DNA from: Gemmatimonadota bacterium
GTDB taxonomy: Bacteria; Gemmatimonadota; Gemmatimonadetes; Gemmatimonadales; GWC2-71-9
Assembly: GCA_003222135.1 (NCBI GenBank)
Contig: QHUM01000038.1
Location: 34,038 to 98,037, forward strand
Direction of reading: 5' to 3'
Length of the DNA: 64,000 nucleotides
Shown: positions 27,122-37,100 of the stretch, piece by piece
Position numbering within the stretch: the stretch's first letter is position 1
Layout of the letters: each line of letters opens with the position of its first letter
Position numbers and translations under genes: made by a program
Notes under the pieces: generated by a model
What the model saw: only the letters and a program-made list of their open reading frames with translations
Database searches by the model: none
Told to the model about the DNA's origin: nothing

Positions 27122-27430
27122 ATGGCCCGCGAACGCAAGAATCGCCGCGAGAAGCCCGATCGACGCAGTGGCGCCGAGCGCCGGGCCAAACAGGTGCCGG
27201 TCGAGGTCGAGCGACGGAAGAAGCGCGACCGCCGCACCGGCCTCACGCGGCGCCTCGAATTGCAAACCGCCGGCGACCAGATCCAGGCGGCGCTCGATCT
27301 GTTGACCCGCGCTCTCGACCACGGGGTGCTGTTCGACGAAGATCGCTGGCTGCTCGAGACAGCAATCACCCGGTTACGGTCGGCGCTGGAGCCGCTGGGC
27401 CCGGAGGCGACCGGGGTCGGGCAAGCCTAG
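27122..27430 (+). CDS. hypothetical basic protein with duplicated DRR[ST]G motif
   Basis: GGGGAG RBS. The N-terminus contains RREKPDRRSGAERR and RRKKRDRRTGLTRR. Helical C-terminus. Shares a CTAG convergent stop with the receiver gene. Confidence 0.4.
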   Translation: MARERKNRREKPDRRSGAERRAKQVPVEVERRKKRDRRTGLTRRLELQTAGDQIQAALDLLTRALDHGVLFDEDRWLLETAITRLRSALEPLGPEATGVGQA

Positions 27431-27879
27431 GTCGTCCGCTCGGCGCCGCGACTCGGACGGTCCCGCCGCTCGTCGCCCCCGCCTGTCGCGGCGACGCGTG
27501 CGTCGCGCATGACATCCCCAACCTGACGCCACAGCAGGTCCAGCGTGATGGGCTTCAACAAGAAGCGCTCGGACTCCAACAAGTGCGACATGCTCCGTGG
27601 CTCTGGGAACGGTTCGGAGGCGATGATTACGAAGCGGCCCCGCAGCTCGGCGCGCAGCGCGACCGCCTGCCGCCAGAGCCATAATCCCCCGCGCTCCGGC
27701 ATGTTCAAGTCGGTGATGACCACGTCGAACGGCTGCTTCCGCAGAGCGTCCAACGCATCGACGCCGCTGACCGCGGTCGTCACGCTGCAGCCGCGGCGCG
27801 TCAGAGAGCGCGCGATGGCTTCGCGCATCGCCGCGTTGTCATCGACCATCAACACGGAGTAATTCGTAGACCCGAGCAT
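27427..27879 (-). CDS. single-domain response regulator (receiver only)
   Basis: VLMVDDN, phospho-acceptor context DVVITDLNMPERGG, and LLKP near the end of the receiver fold. Confidence 0.75.
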   Translation of the reverse strand: MLGSTNYSVLMVDDNAAMREAIARSLTRRGCSVTTAVSGVDALDALRKQPFDVVITDLNMPERGGLWLWRQAVALRAELRGRFVIIASEPFPEPRSMSHLLESERFLLKPITLDLLWRQVGDVMRDARVAATGGGDERRDRPSRGAERTT

Positions 27880-28216
27880 ACGTTACAGGCTGAGTCACCT
27901 GCAGTGTCGCGCGTACGTCATGCGGTTTCAAGTGTCGCAGCGACGCAGCAGCTCGAACGACCCGCTCCCCCGTAGAGTCCGCCCACTCGGCCCGTCGCTC
28001 AGGCCTTTGTGAGCCCGGAGATATGTGCGGCATATGCGCAACGAGCGCGGCTAGCACGCAGCATTTCTCCAGAAGCCAGGTCCAGGCTGTCGTTGCGCCG
28101 CGTCGCTTTGCGTCACGCTAGCGTTGCGACATGAAAGGCATGAGGGATGCCTGCATCACCCCGGAGCTCCTTCACAGGGTGCGGCAAACGCGATGCTCGG
28201 GAGAGGGGGACGATCC

Positions 28217-29182
28217 ATGGCAAGGCACTGGACGGGCTACACTATTGTCGCCGGGGCTGCGCTGGTTGTGGCGTGCGAGCAGGCCGCCGCGCCTGCGCCC
28301 AATGGCGCCGCGCCGCGTGGAGGACCTCAAACGGAGCTCGTTCAGACGGCGATCGATCTCGTACAGCAGCTCCTCCTGAAGTTCGAACCCGTTTCTGACG
28401 GGACGCTGACGCTGGAAGACCCTCCTCCGTTCGGCAATACGATCCACGTCGTCGACCGTGATAACAAGGACGCGTGGAAGATCGACGTCTCGTCCACCGG
28501 TATGGTCACGTTTGAGAATGACAACATGACGTGCGACCCATCTGAAGTGCCACTGCCGCCGGGCGCCGTGCACCTAACCCTGACCCAGACGCAGGACAAC
28601 CAACACGTACGCCTGCGCTCGACCCGCTATCACCGCACGTACCTGCGCGATCTCACGAGGCTGGAGTACCACACGTGCGACGAGGCGAATAACGGACAGC
28701 AGTTGCCGTTCATCCTCCTCGACATCGACTGGGACGGTGACAACGCGATTGACGACCTGATCTTCTTCGAGCCCGCCTACCAGAACGCGGTCGAAGGCGG
28801 CGCCTGTGGCGTTGGCAGCCACCAGGACGTGCAGACGGAGCACAAGTGGCAGTTCTGGGACGCTCTACGAGTCGACGGCGGAACGTTCAACGCGTGCTAC
28901 TGGGCGGTGAGCAGCTCCCTCGTCAGCGGCGGCACCGAAACTATAGGCTGCGGCCCGGGCGAGTTCGTCTGCTCGCTGTCGGACTACATTGGGCAACATC
29001 CCAACGCGGCGATCGTCAACGTCGACGGAAGCCACGGCGGGGTGCAAATCGCGCACGGGGACGCGTCGACGGGCGACACGTTCGACGGCTGGGTGGACGC
29101 CTTCACGATCGGCAAGGACATCAATGGCTCGAACGGCCAGACGAACAACAGTACAGTCACGTACGACTTCCAGACGCCGTAG
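28217..29182 (+). CDS. secreted lipoprotein, unknown function
   Basis: ATG 28217 gives MARHWTGYTIVAGAALVVAC (lipobox). No family recognised. Confidence 0.55.
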   Translation: MARHWTGYTIVAGAALVVACEQAAAPAPNGAAPRGGPQTELVQTAIDLVQQLLLKFEPVSDGTLTLEDPPPFGNTIHVVDRDNKDAWKIDVSSTGMVTFENDNMTCDPSEVPLPPGAVHLTLTQTQDNQHVRLRSTRYHRTYLRDLTRLEYHTCDEANNGQQLPFILLDIDWDGDNAIDDLIFFEPAYQNAVEGGACGVGSHQDVQTEHKWQFWDALRVDGGTFNACYWAVSSSLVSGGTETIGCGPGEFVCSLSDYIGQHPNAAIVNVDGSHGGVQIAHGDASTGDTFDGWVDAFTIGKDINGSNGQTNNSTVTYDFQTP

Positions 29183-29226
29183 TGCTTGAGCTGCGGGACC
29201 AGAGGAACCCTCAAAGGAGACCAAGC

Positions 29227-30123
29227 ATGAAATCGCATTGGGTAACCATCCTCTCCGGAGCTGCACTGCTCGTGGGTTGCGATCGCGCTCGGGAGCGGGC
29301 AATGCCGACGGCCCCACCACTGGCCGGCGGTCCACGAATGAGCGCTCTGGACGTCAGCCTGGATCCTCCGTGCGTACCGGCCTTTGTCGCCGGGGTGTGG
29401 ACCTTGTTCGCCGACTGTACCACGTACACCACCATCTTCATCCCCGACGGCAATACGCTGGATGGAAACGGGCACACCATCACGGCGCTGGACCCACCAG
29501 GCGGATTTCAGGGCCCGGTGTTAAGAAACGCGCCGGGCGGGACCGTGGCGAACGTAATCAACTTGGGGCTCACCGCCTCGTTAGCCGGCACCTTTGGTTG
29601 CATGGGTGGAGACAACCGTTTGCGCGGCATCCTGTTCGATGGAGCGTCAGGGAACGTCACGAACAACGCTGTCATCACAATCAAGCGAGGGCTAAGCAGC
29701 GGCTGCCAGGAGGGCAACGGTATCGAGATTCGCAATTTTGACGGAACGGGCACGAAAACGGTGTTGATCGAACACAACGTGGTGCGTGACTACCAAAAGA
29801 ACGGGATCACGGCCAATGGCGACGTGGCAGCCACCATCACCAGCAACATGATCCAAGGCGCTGGGCGGGTTGACTATATCGCCCAGAACGGCATCCAGTT
29901 CGGCGTTGGGGCCACGGGACAGGTCAGCGGCAACAGTATTACGGACAACTTCTATACCGGGTGCTCGCACCAGGACGCCGCCAAGACCGGTTGTATCCCG
30001 TTCGTCGCCGCGGGTCTGCTGCTCTTCGACATTGATCCCAACTCGATTCGGCGCTCGAGCAACACCTTCATTAATGACCAGTTCAACGTGCTGCTGGTGA
30101 CGCACCAGTCCCTCGACTCGTAG
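29227..30123 (+). CDS. lipoprotein with right-handed parallel beta-helix (PbH1) repeats
   Basis: AAAGGAGA RBS. Lipobox LSGAALLVGC. Repeating beta-helix rungs (GILFDGASGNVTNNAV, GNGIEIRNF, HNVVRDYQKNGITANG, QNGIQFGVGATGQVSGNSITDN). Confidence 0.6.
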   Translation: MKSHWVTILSGAALLVGCDRARERAMPTAPPLAGGPRMSALDVSLDPPCVPAFVAGVWTLFADCTTYTTIFIPDGNTLDGNGHTITALDPPGGFQGPVLRNAPGGTVANVINLGLTASLAGTFGCMGGDNRLRGILFDGASGNVTNNAVITIKRGLSSGCQEGNGIEIRNFDGTGTKTVLIEHNVVRDYQKNGITANGDVAATITSNMIQGAGRVDYIAQNGIQFGVGATGQVSGNSITDNFYTGCSHQDAAKTGCIPFVAAGLLLFDIDPNSIRRSSNTFINDQFNVLLVTHQSLDS

Positions 30124-30155
30124 ACCTCGTCCCGCCGCCCATCCCGACGCGAGAG

Positions 30156-30190
30156 GGGCCAGCCCCAATTTCGGGCTGGCCCTTTCGCGT
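30156..30190 (+). terminator. rho-independent terminator candidate
   Basis: 10-bp perfect stem GGGCCAGCCC / GGGCTGGCCC (30156..30165 pairs with 30173..30182), 7-nt loop, then TTTCGCGTTCGTT. Lies between convergent genes. Confidence 0.65.
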
Positions 30191-30258
30191 TCGTTCGGTT
30201 CGACACTTGTTGATGGGCAGGATCGGGTGTGGGACGCGGCTGACGAATCCCGCCCCCC

Positions 30259-30831
30259 TCACTGCACCATCCCAAATCGCTTGTTCTGAGCAGTCATCTT
30301 GAGGAAGTATCCCAACCGCTGCTCGAATGCCGCGCGCCGGTGCCGCGCGGCAACTATCCAGCCGATGCGGATCCGCTTGTAGGATTCCGGAAACCGCTGA
30401 AAGTGCTTCCAGGTGGTCGGATCCCGCTCGAGGCGCCGGCGGATGTCGGGGGGCAGCACCCACTCCGGCTGCCGCCTGGTGTCTGTCCGCCGGTCGAACA
30501 CGTGCTTGATCCGTTCGAGACCGGCCTTGGTCATCCGCCGGGCGGCGATCAAGCGGCGCACGCGCTCGCGGTTCATCGCGGAGAGCCGACTGGTGGGCCG
30601 GCGTGGGGAGAAGCGCTGGGCATAGCGGTCGCCATCGATCGGTTTCAAGATGCTGTCGATCCAGCCGTAGCACAGCGCCTCCTCCACCGCGTCGTTGTAC
30701 GGGATGCGCGGCTTGCCGCTGTGCTTCTTGTAATAGACCAGCCAGATCTCGGGCGCCGTCTCGTGGTGGTGCGCGAGCCACGCCCGCCACTCGCGGCGAT
30801 TCTTTGCGTAAAACGTCTTGCCAAGCTTCAC
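30259..30831 (-). CDS. YdeI/OmpD-associated family protein
   Basis: RREWRAWLAHHHETAPEIWLVYYKK...PRIPYNDAVEEALCYGWID is typical of the YdeI-like family. GTG 30831 overlaps the stop of the upstream small gene (GTGA). Confidence 0.7.
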   Translation of the reverse strand: MKLGKTFYAKNRREWRAWLAHHHETAPEIWLVYYKKHSGKPRIPYNDAVEEALCYGWIDSILKPIDGDRYAQRFSPRRPTSRLSAMNRERVRRLIAARRMTKAGLERIKHVFDRRTDTRRQPEWVLPPDIRRRLERDPTTWKHFQRFPESYKRIRIGWIVAARHRRAAFEQRLGYFLKMTAQNKRFGMVQ

Positions 30832-31016
30832 TCCGCGGGCGTATCTCCCTTCTTGTCGTTCTTCTTGAAGAACCAGAAGGCGAACAGCACGAGCCCGATC
30901 ACGAGGGCGACCTTGACCGCCAGGAATAACAGGGGAATGAAGAAAAACGAGCCGAGCTTCCAGAGTGCGAAGCCGGCGAGGCCGACGGCGGCGAGCTGTA
31001 GGATCGGCTTGAACAT
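30828..31016 (-). CDS. small (62 aa) two-TM membrane protein
   Basis: MFKPILQLAAVGLAGFALWKLGSFFFIPLLFLAVKVALVIGLVLFAFWFF followed by a KKNDKKGD tail. Translationally coupled to the YdeI-like gene. Confidence 0.5.
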   Translation of the reverse strand: MFKPILQLAAVGLAGFALWKLGSFFFIPLLFLAVKVALVIGLVLFAFWFFKKNDKKGDTPAE

Positions 31017-31151
31017 GGGCGGCGCTCCCGAATAGTGAGGGTTGGCCTCCCTCTACGGAAGCCGGGCCCCACAAGTTCCGGACACGCTCGGCCGCAACCT
31101 TCCACGGCCGCTACGCGTCAAACTACACAGCCTCCCACACACGGGTGCCCT

Positions 31152-33866
31152 GTGAGAACGCTCGTCCGTCTGGCGGCGCTCGGCGCCGCCACGCTCGTTC
31201 CCGGTCTCACCGCCGCACAAAGCATCCATCCCACTCCCTCGCCCGACGTGAGGGCCGTCCGGCTCGAGGGGGAGATCCGGCTCGACGGCCGGCTGGACGA
31301 GGCCGTGTGGCACACGGCGCCGGCCGCCACCGATTTCCGGCAGGCGCAACCACACGAAGGCCAACCCGCGACGCAGCGAACCGAGGTGCGGTTCGCGTTC
31401 GACGACGCCGCGCTGTACGTGGGTGCGCGGATGTTCGACGATCACGGCGCGGCCGGCGTGCAGACTCGACTGGTCCGCCGGGACGGCTCCGCCAACTCGG
31501 ACTACGTCGAAGTGATCTTTGACAGCTATCACGACCACATCGGCCGGCTGTTCTTCACGGTGAATCCCTCCGGCGTGCGCAGCGACGCCAACGGCCTGGG
31601 CGGCGGCTCGGACGATTCCTGGGACCCGGTGTGGGAGGTCAAGACGGCGATCGATTCGCTCGGCTGGACCGCCGAGATGCGGATCCCGTTCTCGCAGCTG
31701 CGCTATCCGGCGACCGCCGATGAGCAGACGTGGGGCCTGCAGATCTGGCGCCAGGAGAACCGGCTGAACGAGCTGTCGCAGTGGTCCTTCTGGGGCCTCA
31801 CCGAAACGGGCGGTCCGCCGCGCTTCGGGCATTTGCACGGGCTCGTGATCCGGCGCGCCCCAGGCCGGGCCGAAATCCTGCCCTACATGGTGGGGCGCTC
31901 GGCTAACGTACCGGTGAGCGACCCGCGCGACCCGTTTCAAAAGGCCCACACCTGGGATGGACGCGGCGGCGTGGACGCGCGCGTGCTGCTGACCTCCAAC
32001 CTCACGCTCAACGCCACGGTGAACCCCGACTTCGGGCAGGTGGAGGTAGACCCGGCCGTGGTCAACCTGTCCGCGTTCGAGACCTTCTTCGAGGAGCGGC
32101 GGCCCTTCTTCGTCGAGGGCGCGGGCTACTTCGGGTTCGGCGGCCTGAACTGCTACTTCTGCTCGAACGTCTCGAGCCTCGGCATGTTCTACACGCGCCG
32201 CATCGGCCGCCCGCCGCAGGCGCCGGACAACGTGGACACCGCCGGGGGCGTGTACGCCGACCAGCCGCACAACACCACGATTCTCGGTGCGGCGAAGCTC
32301 ACCGGGCGCACGCCCACGGGGTGGTCGATCGGCGCGCTCGATGCGGTCACCCGGCGTGAGCGCGCGGCGTTCCGCCGGAGCGACGGCTCAGGCGGCGACG
32401 TCACGGTGGAGCCATTCACGAACTACTTCGTGGCCCGCGTGGCGAAGGACCTGCGTGGCGGCGCCACCGTATTGCGGGCCATGGGCACCTCGGTGGTGCG
32501 CGAGCTCGATGACCCGTTCCTGGCCGACCGCTTGAGCCGGCACGCCGAATCGGTCGGGCTCGGAACCGAGATGTGGTTCGGCAAGCGGGAGTACCACCTC
32601 ATGGCCCAGGTTGCGGGCACGCAGGTGTCGGGCGACACCGCAGCGACGCTGCGACTGCAGACGGCGAGCGCGCGCTACTTCCAGCGCCCCGATCGGGGGA
32701 ACGGGTCGAACGGGGTGCTGAGCGATGCGTATGACCCCGCGCTCACGGCGCTGCGCGGCGTGGGCGCCTATGCGCGGTTCGCCCGGGAGTCCGGGCACCT
32801 GTTGTGGGAATTGTCCACCAACCTGCGCACTCCGGGATTCGAGAACAACGACATCTCGTTCCTCAACCGGGCCGACTACTGGTGGATGAGCGGGAATATT
32901 TTTCCCCAGTGGACCAAGCCTACCCGCTGGTACCGCCAGCTGTTGTTCATCGCCGGCGGCCAGCAGCAGTACAACTTCGACGGCGATCTGACCGACCGGC
33001 AGGTGCAGCTGTTCGGCTACATCCAGCCGCACAACTACTGGGACATCAACGCATTCTGGATCCACCGGCCGAGCGTGCTCGACGACCGCCTGAGCCGCGG
33101 CGGGCCGGTACTGCGCCGGCCCGGGGCCGACTTCTGGGCCACGAACGCCTCCACCGATTCCCGCAAGAACGTGGTGCTGAGCGGGTCCGCGCAGCTGGGC
33201 TGCAACCGCGACGGCGACTGCAGTCCCTCGGGGAGTCTCTCGGTGCAGCTGCGACCCGCCTCCAACCTGTCCCTCTCGCTCGGGCCCTCCGTGAGTCACG
33301 ATGAGAACGGCTCCCAGTACGTGACCACGGTGTCCGACCCTACGGCAACGGCGTTCTACGGCAACCGCTACGTGTTCGCCGACCTGGTGCAGAACACGCT
33401 CGCGATGAACACGCGCTTCAACATCACGTTCTCGCCTAACCTGACCCTGGAGCTGTTCGTGCAACCCCTGATCGCGAGCGGAGCCTACTCGCGTTACAAG
33501 GAGTTTGCCGCCCCGCGCGGGCTGCGCCGCCTGGTGTACGGCGTGGACGTGGGGACCGACTCGCTCAAGCCCGGAAACTCGGCGCTCGGGGTCCGCGATT
33601 CGACTTTCATCGACCCGGACGGGAGCGGCCCCGCGGCGCGGTTCGCGATCGAAGACCCGAGCTTCACCCTGCGCTCGCTGCGCGGCAACGCGGTGCTGCG
33701 CTGGGAGTACCGCCCCGGCTCGACGCTCTACCTGGTGTGGACCCGGAGCGGCGCCTCCTCACTCACGCGGGGCGCGATCGATTTCAGCGACGATGCGCGT
33801 GCGCTGTTCCGCGGACCATCCGAGAACATCTTCCTCGTCAAGGTCAACTACTGGCTCGGCCTGTGA
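31152..33866 (+). CDS. DUF5916 / CBM9-like domain protein, secreted or outer-membrane (paralog of 42346..44904)
   Basis: GTG 31152 gives signal peptide VRTLVRLAALGAATLVPGLTAAQ. Blocks DGRLDEAVWHTAP, FDSYHD, VNPSGV, SLGWTAEMRIPFSQLRY, NPDFGQVEVDPAVVNLSAFETFFEERRPFF. C-terminal beta-barrel-like end VKVNYWL. Confidence 0.75.
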   Translation: MRTLVRLAALGAATLVPGLTAAQSIHPTPSPDVRAVRLEGEIRLDGRLDEAVWHTAPAATDFRQAQPHEGQPATQRTEVRFAFDDAALYVGARMFDDHGAAGVQTRLVRRDGSANSDYVEVIFDSYHDHIGRLFFTVNPSGVRSDANGLGGGSDDSWDPVWEVKTAIDSLGWTAEMRIPFSQLRYPATADEQTWGLQIWRQENRLNELSQWSFWGLTETGGPPRFGHLHGLVIRRAPGRAEILPYMVGRSANVPVSDPRDPFQKAHTWDGRGGVDARVLLTSNLTLNATVNPDFGQVEVDPAVVNLSAFETFFEERRPFFVEGAGYFGFGGLNCYFCSNVSSLGMFYTRRIGRPPQAPDNVDTAGGVYADQPHNTTILGAAKLTGRTPTGWSIGALDAVTRRERAAFRRSDGSGGDVTVEPFTNYFVARVAKDLRGGATVLRAMGTSVVRELDDPFLADRLSRHAESVGLGTEMWFGKREYHLMAQVAGTQVSGDTAATLRLQTASARYFQRPDRGNGSNGVLSDAYDPALTALRGVGAYARFARESGHLLWELSTNLRTPGFENNDISFLNRADYWWMSGNIFPQWTKPTRWYRQLLFIAGGQQQYNFDGDLTDRQVQLFGYIQPHNYWDINAFWIHRPSVLDDRLSRGGPVLRRPGADFWATNASTDSRKNVVLSGSAQLGCNRDGDCSPSGSLSVQLRPASNLSLSLGPSVSHDENGSQYVTTVSDPTATAFYGNRYVFADLVQNTLAMNTRFNITFSPNLTLELFVQPLIASGAYSRYKEFAAPRGLRRLVYGVDVGTDSLKPGNSALGVRDSTFIDPDGSGPAARFAIEDPSFTLRSLRGNAVLRWEYRPGSTLYLVWTRSGASSLTRGAIDFSDDARALFRGPSENIFLVKVNYWLGL

Positions 33867-34105
33867 GACCTCCCCTCGAGACCTTGCGGGCAGCGGTCCT
33901 GCACGCATATTGCAACTTAACTCAGATGCTGTGATCCTCGGGGTGCGATGTCGTGCGGCTCGCCCATACCCCGGGGGGAGCGAATCGCGAAACCGGCTGA
34001 GTGGGACACCCACTTGGCCGGTTCTGCTTTTTTGGGCTCCGGCCACTGCTCGTGCGGTCTGGATCGGTCGACCAGGGACTCTGACCGGTCAGAGAGGCAG
34101 CCGGA

Positions 34106-37100
34106 ATGTCCCGGCGCCACGTATTGTTTCGCGCCGCGGCAGCGATCCTGCTCGCCGGCGGCGTGTTCACCAAGTGCCGCGAATCCCAGGCACCACAACA
34201 GTCCGCAACCGCGCCGCCGCCGCTCCAAGCGAGCGCGACGCTGGCGCCCTCGGTCACCCTCGTCGGGGCCGGAACCGTGGCCTCGTGCAGCTCCACTGGC
34301 GACGAAGCCACCGCGGCCATCCTCGACACGATCCCCGGCACCGTGTTCACCGTCGGTGACAACGTCTACCCCAGTGGGTCGCTCGCGAACTACCAGGGCT
34401 GTTACAACTCGAGCTGGGGGCGGCACAGCGCGCGCACGCGCCCCGCGCTCGGCAACCACGAATACGACACGAGCCCGACCGCCGGGGACTACTTCACCTA
34501 CTTCGGGGCCACGGCGGGCGATGCGACCAAGGGCTACTACAGCTACGATCTCGGCGCGTGGCACATCGTGGCGCTCAACAGCGTCGCCTCGACCGGTGCC
34601 GGCTCGCCCCAGGAGCAATGGCTCAGGGCCGACCTCGCCGCCCATCCGCAGCACTGTACCCTCGCTTACTGGCACTACCCACGGTTCAGCTCCGGCAGCA
34701 CCCACGGCAGCATGCCGCAGACGCAGCCGCTGTGGCAGGCGCTGTACGACGCCGGCGCGGACATCGTGCTCTCGGGGCACGAGCACAACTACGAGCGGTT
34801 CGCGCCGCAGACGCCCGGCGGCGCCCTCGACCAGACCCGCGGAATTCGCGAGTTCGTGGTCGGCACGGGCGGCGGCGCGGCTGCCTACGCGTTCGGCACA
34901 CCGATCGCCAACAGCGAGGCGCGCATCACCGGCGTGAACGGCGTGCTGCGGCTCACTCTGGGAGACGGGACGTACGCCTGGCAGTTCATCCCCGTGGCAG
35001 GCAAGACGGCCACGGATGCCGGGAGCGGCACATGCCACAACTCGACGGCACCACTCCCGCCGCCACCGCCCCCACCGCCCCCTCCGACGCCATCCGTGAA
35101 CGGCGGTCCCGATCTCACGACCCATCCGGGTGACGCGCTCCAGCTCGCAGTCGGGTTCAGCGACGCCGGAGCGAACGCTGCCCCATGGGCGTACACGATC
35201 ACCTGGGGCGACGGCAGCTCGAGCAATGGGACCGTCTCGAGCGCCACGACACCGATCACGGCCTCGCACGTCTACTCAGGCCTCGGCCTGGACAGCGTGC
35301 GCGTCACGGTCACGAACAACCTGGCGAGGTCCGGCGCGGATTCGCTCGCGGTGCAGGTCATCGCGCTCGGCGGCGTGGTGCTGGTCGGCGCCGGCGATAT
35401 AGCGGACTGCACGCGCAACGGCGACTCCTTGACCGCAAACCTGCTCGACACGATCCCCGGCACCGTGTTCTTGGCGGGCGACAACGCCTATCCCGGCGGG
35501 TCGAGCACTGATTACGCCAACTGCTACGACCCAACCTGGGGCCGGCACAAGGCGCGCACCCGGCCGGTCCCCGGCAACCACGAGTACAGCACGGCCGGGG
35601 CCGCCGGCTATTTCGGCTACTTCGGTGCGACCGCGGGCGATCCGGCGAAGGGCTACTACAGCTACGACCTGGGCGACTGGCACATCGTCGCCCTTAACAG
35701 CAACGTCGCGAAGTCCGCGGGCTCGCCTCAGGAGCAGTGGCTGCGCGCCGATCTCGCCGCGAGCACGAAGCGTTGCACGCTCGCCTATATGCATCACCCG
35801 CTCTTCAGCTCAGGCACCCTGGCCGACGCCACGACGCAGCCGCTGTGGCAGGCGCTGTACGATGCCGGCGCGGAGCTCGTGCTCGCCGGCCACGATCACA
35901 ACTATCAGCGCTTCAGGCCGCAAACCCCGACCGGCGTGGCCGATCCGATCACCGGTATCCGCGAATTCATCGCAGGGATGGGCGGTGCGGGCACCTTCAC
36001 CCTGGGCGCGCCCCTGGCGAACACCGAGGTGCAGAACGACCAGACTTATGGCGTCCTGAAGTTGACGCTGTACGCCACGGGCTACGACTGGAAGTTCATC
36101 CCCGTCGCCGGCAAGACGTTCACGGATGCGGGGAGCGGCATATGCCATGACGCCATCGGCGCCGTGAATCACCTACCCACCGCGGCCGCCGGGGGACCGT
36201 ACTCCGGCAGCGAGGGCGCCGCCGCGAGCTTCGACGCCAGTGGTTCGTCAGATCCGGACGGCGACGCGCTGAGCTATGCCTGGGATTTCGGCGACGGGAG
36301 CACGGGCACCGGGGTCAAGCCGAGCCACAGCTACGCCGACAACGGCACCTACACGGTCGCGCTCACCGTCACCGACGCGCGCGGGGCAACGAGCGCGCCG
36401 ACCACGACCACGGCGACCATCGCGAACGTCCCCCCCGCGGTGAACGCCGGCGCCAATCAGACCATCACTCTGGGCGGCAGCTTCACGCTCACCGCCGGTT
36501 TCGGCGATCAAGGCGTGAACGATACGCCCTGGGCGTACGCGATCGATTGGGGCGACGGCTCGCCCCAGACGACCGGTAGCACGACCAGCCAGTCGAATCC
36601 GATCACGGCCTCGCACACCTACGCTGCGGCGGGCACGAACACGGTACGTATCAGCGTGACGGACAAGGATGGCGCCGCGGGCTCGGGGCAGGTCACAGCG
36701 ACCGTCACGGCGACCGTGAATCACCCGCCGGTAGCTGGACCGGCAGGGCCCTACTCCGGCAGCGAGGGCACGGCCGTCGCCTTCGACGGCGGCGGCTCCA
36801 CGGACCCGGACGGAGACGCGCTCACGTACAGCTGGAGCTTCGGCGACGGCAGCAGCGGTACCGGCATCAAGCCGAGCCACGCGTATGCCGACAATGGCAC
36901 CTACGGCGTGACGCTCACCGTCACCGACGGGCGCGGGGCGCCGAGCGGTCCGGTCACGACCACCGCGACCATCGCGAACGCCGGGCCCACGGTGAACGCC
37001 GGAGTCAATCAAACGGCCACTGCGGGCAGCGCCTTCGCGCTCAGCACCAACTTCAGCGATCCCGGAGTGAAAGACGCGCCCTGGTCGTATTCGATCGATT

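Noticed and set aside
35050-35095. C-rich run encoding PPPPPPPPPPTP, considered as a slippage-prone phase-variation tract
   Set aside because: The codons are mixed (ccg, cca, ccc, cct), not a homopolymer or perfect short tandem repeat. It reads as an ordinary poly-proline interdomain linker.
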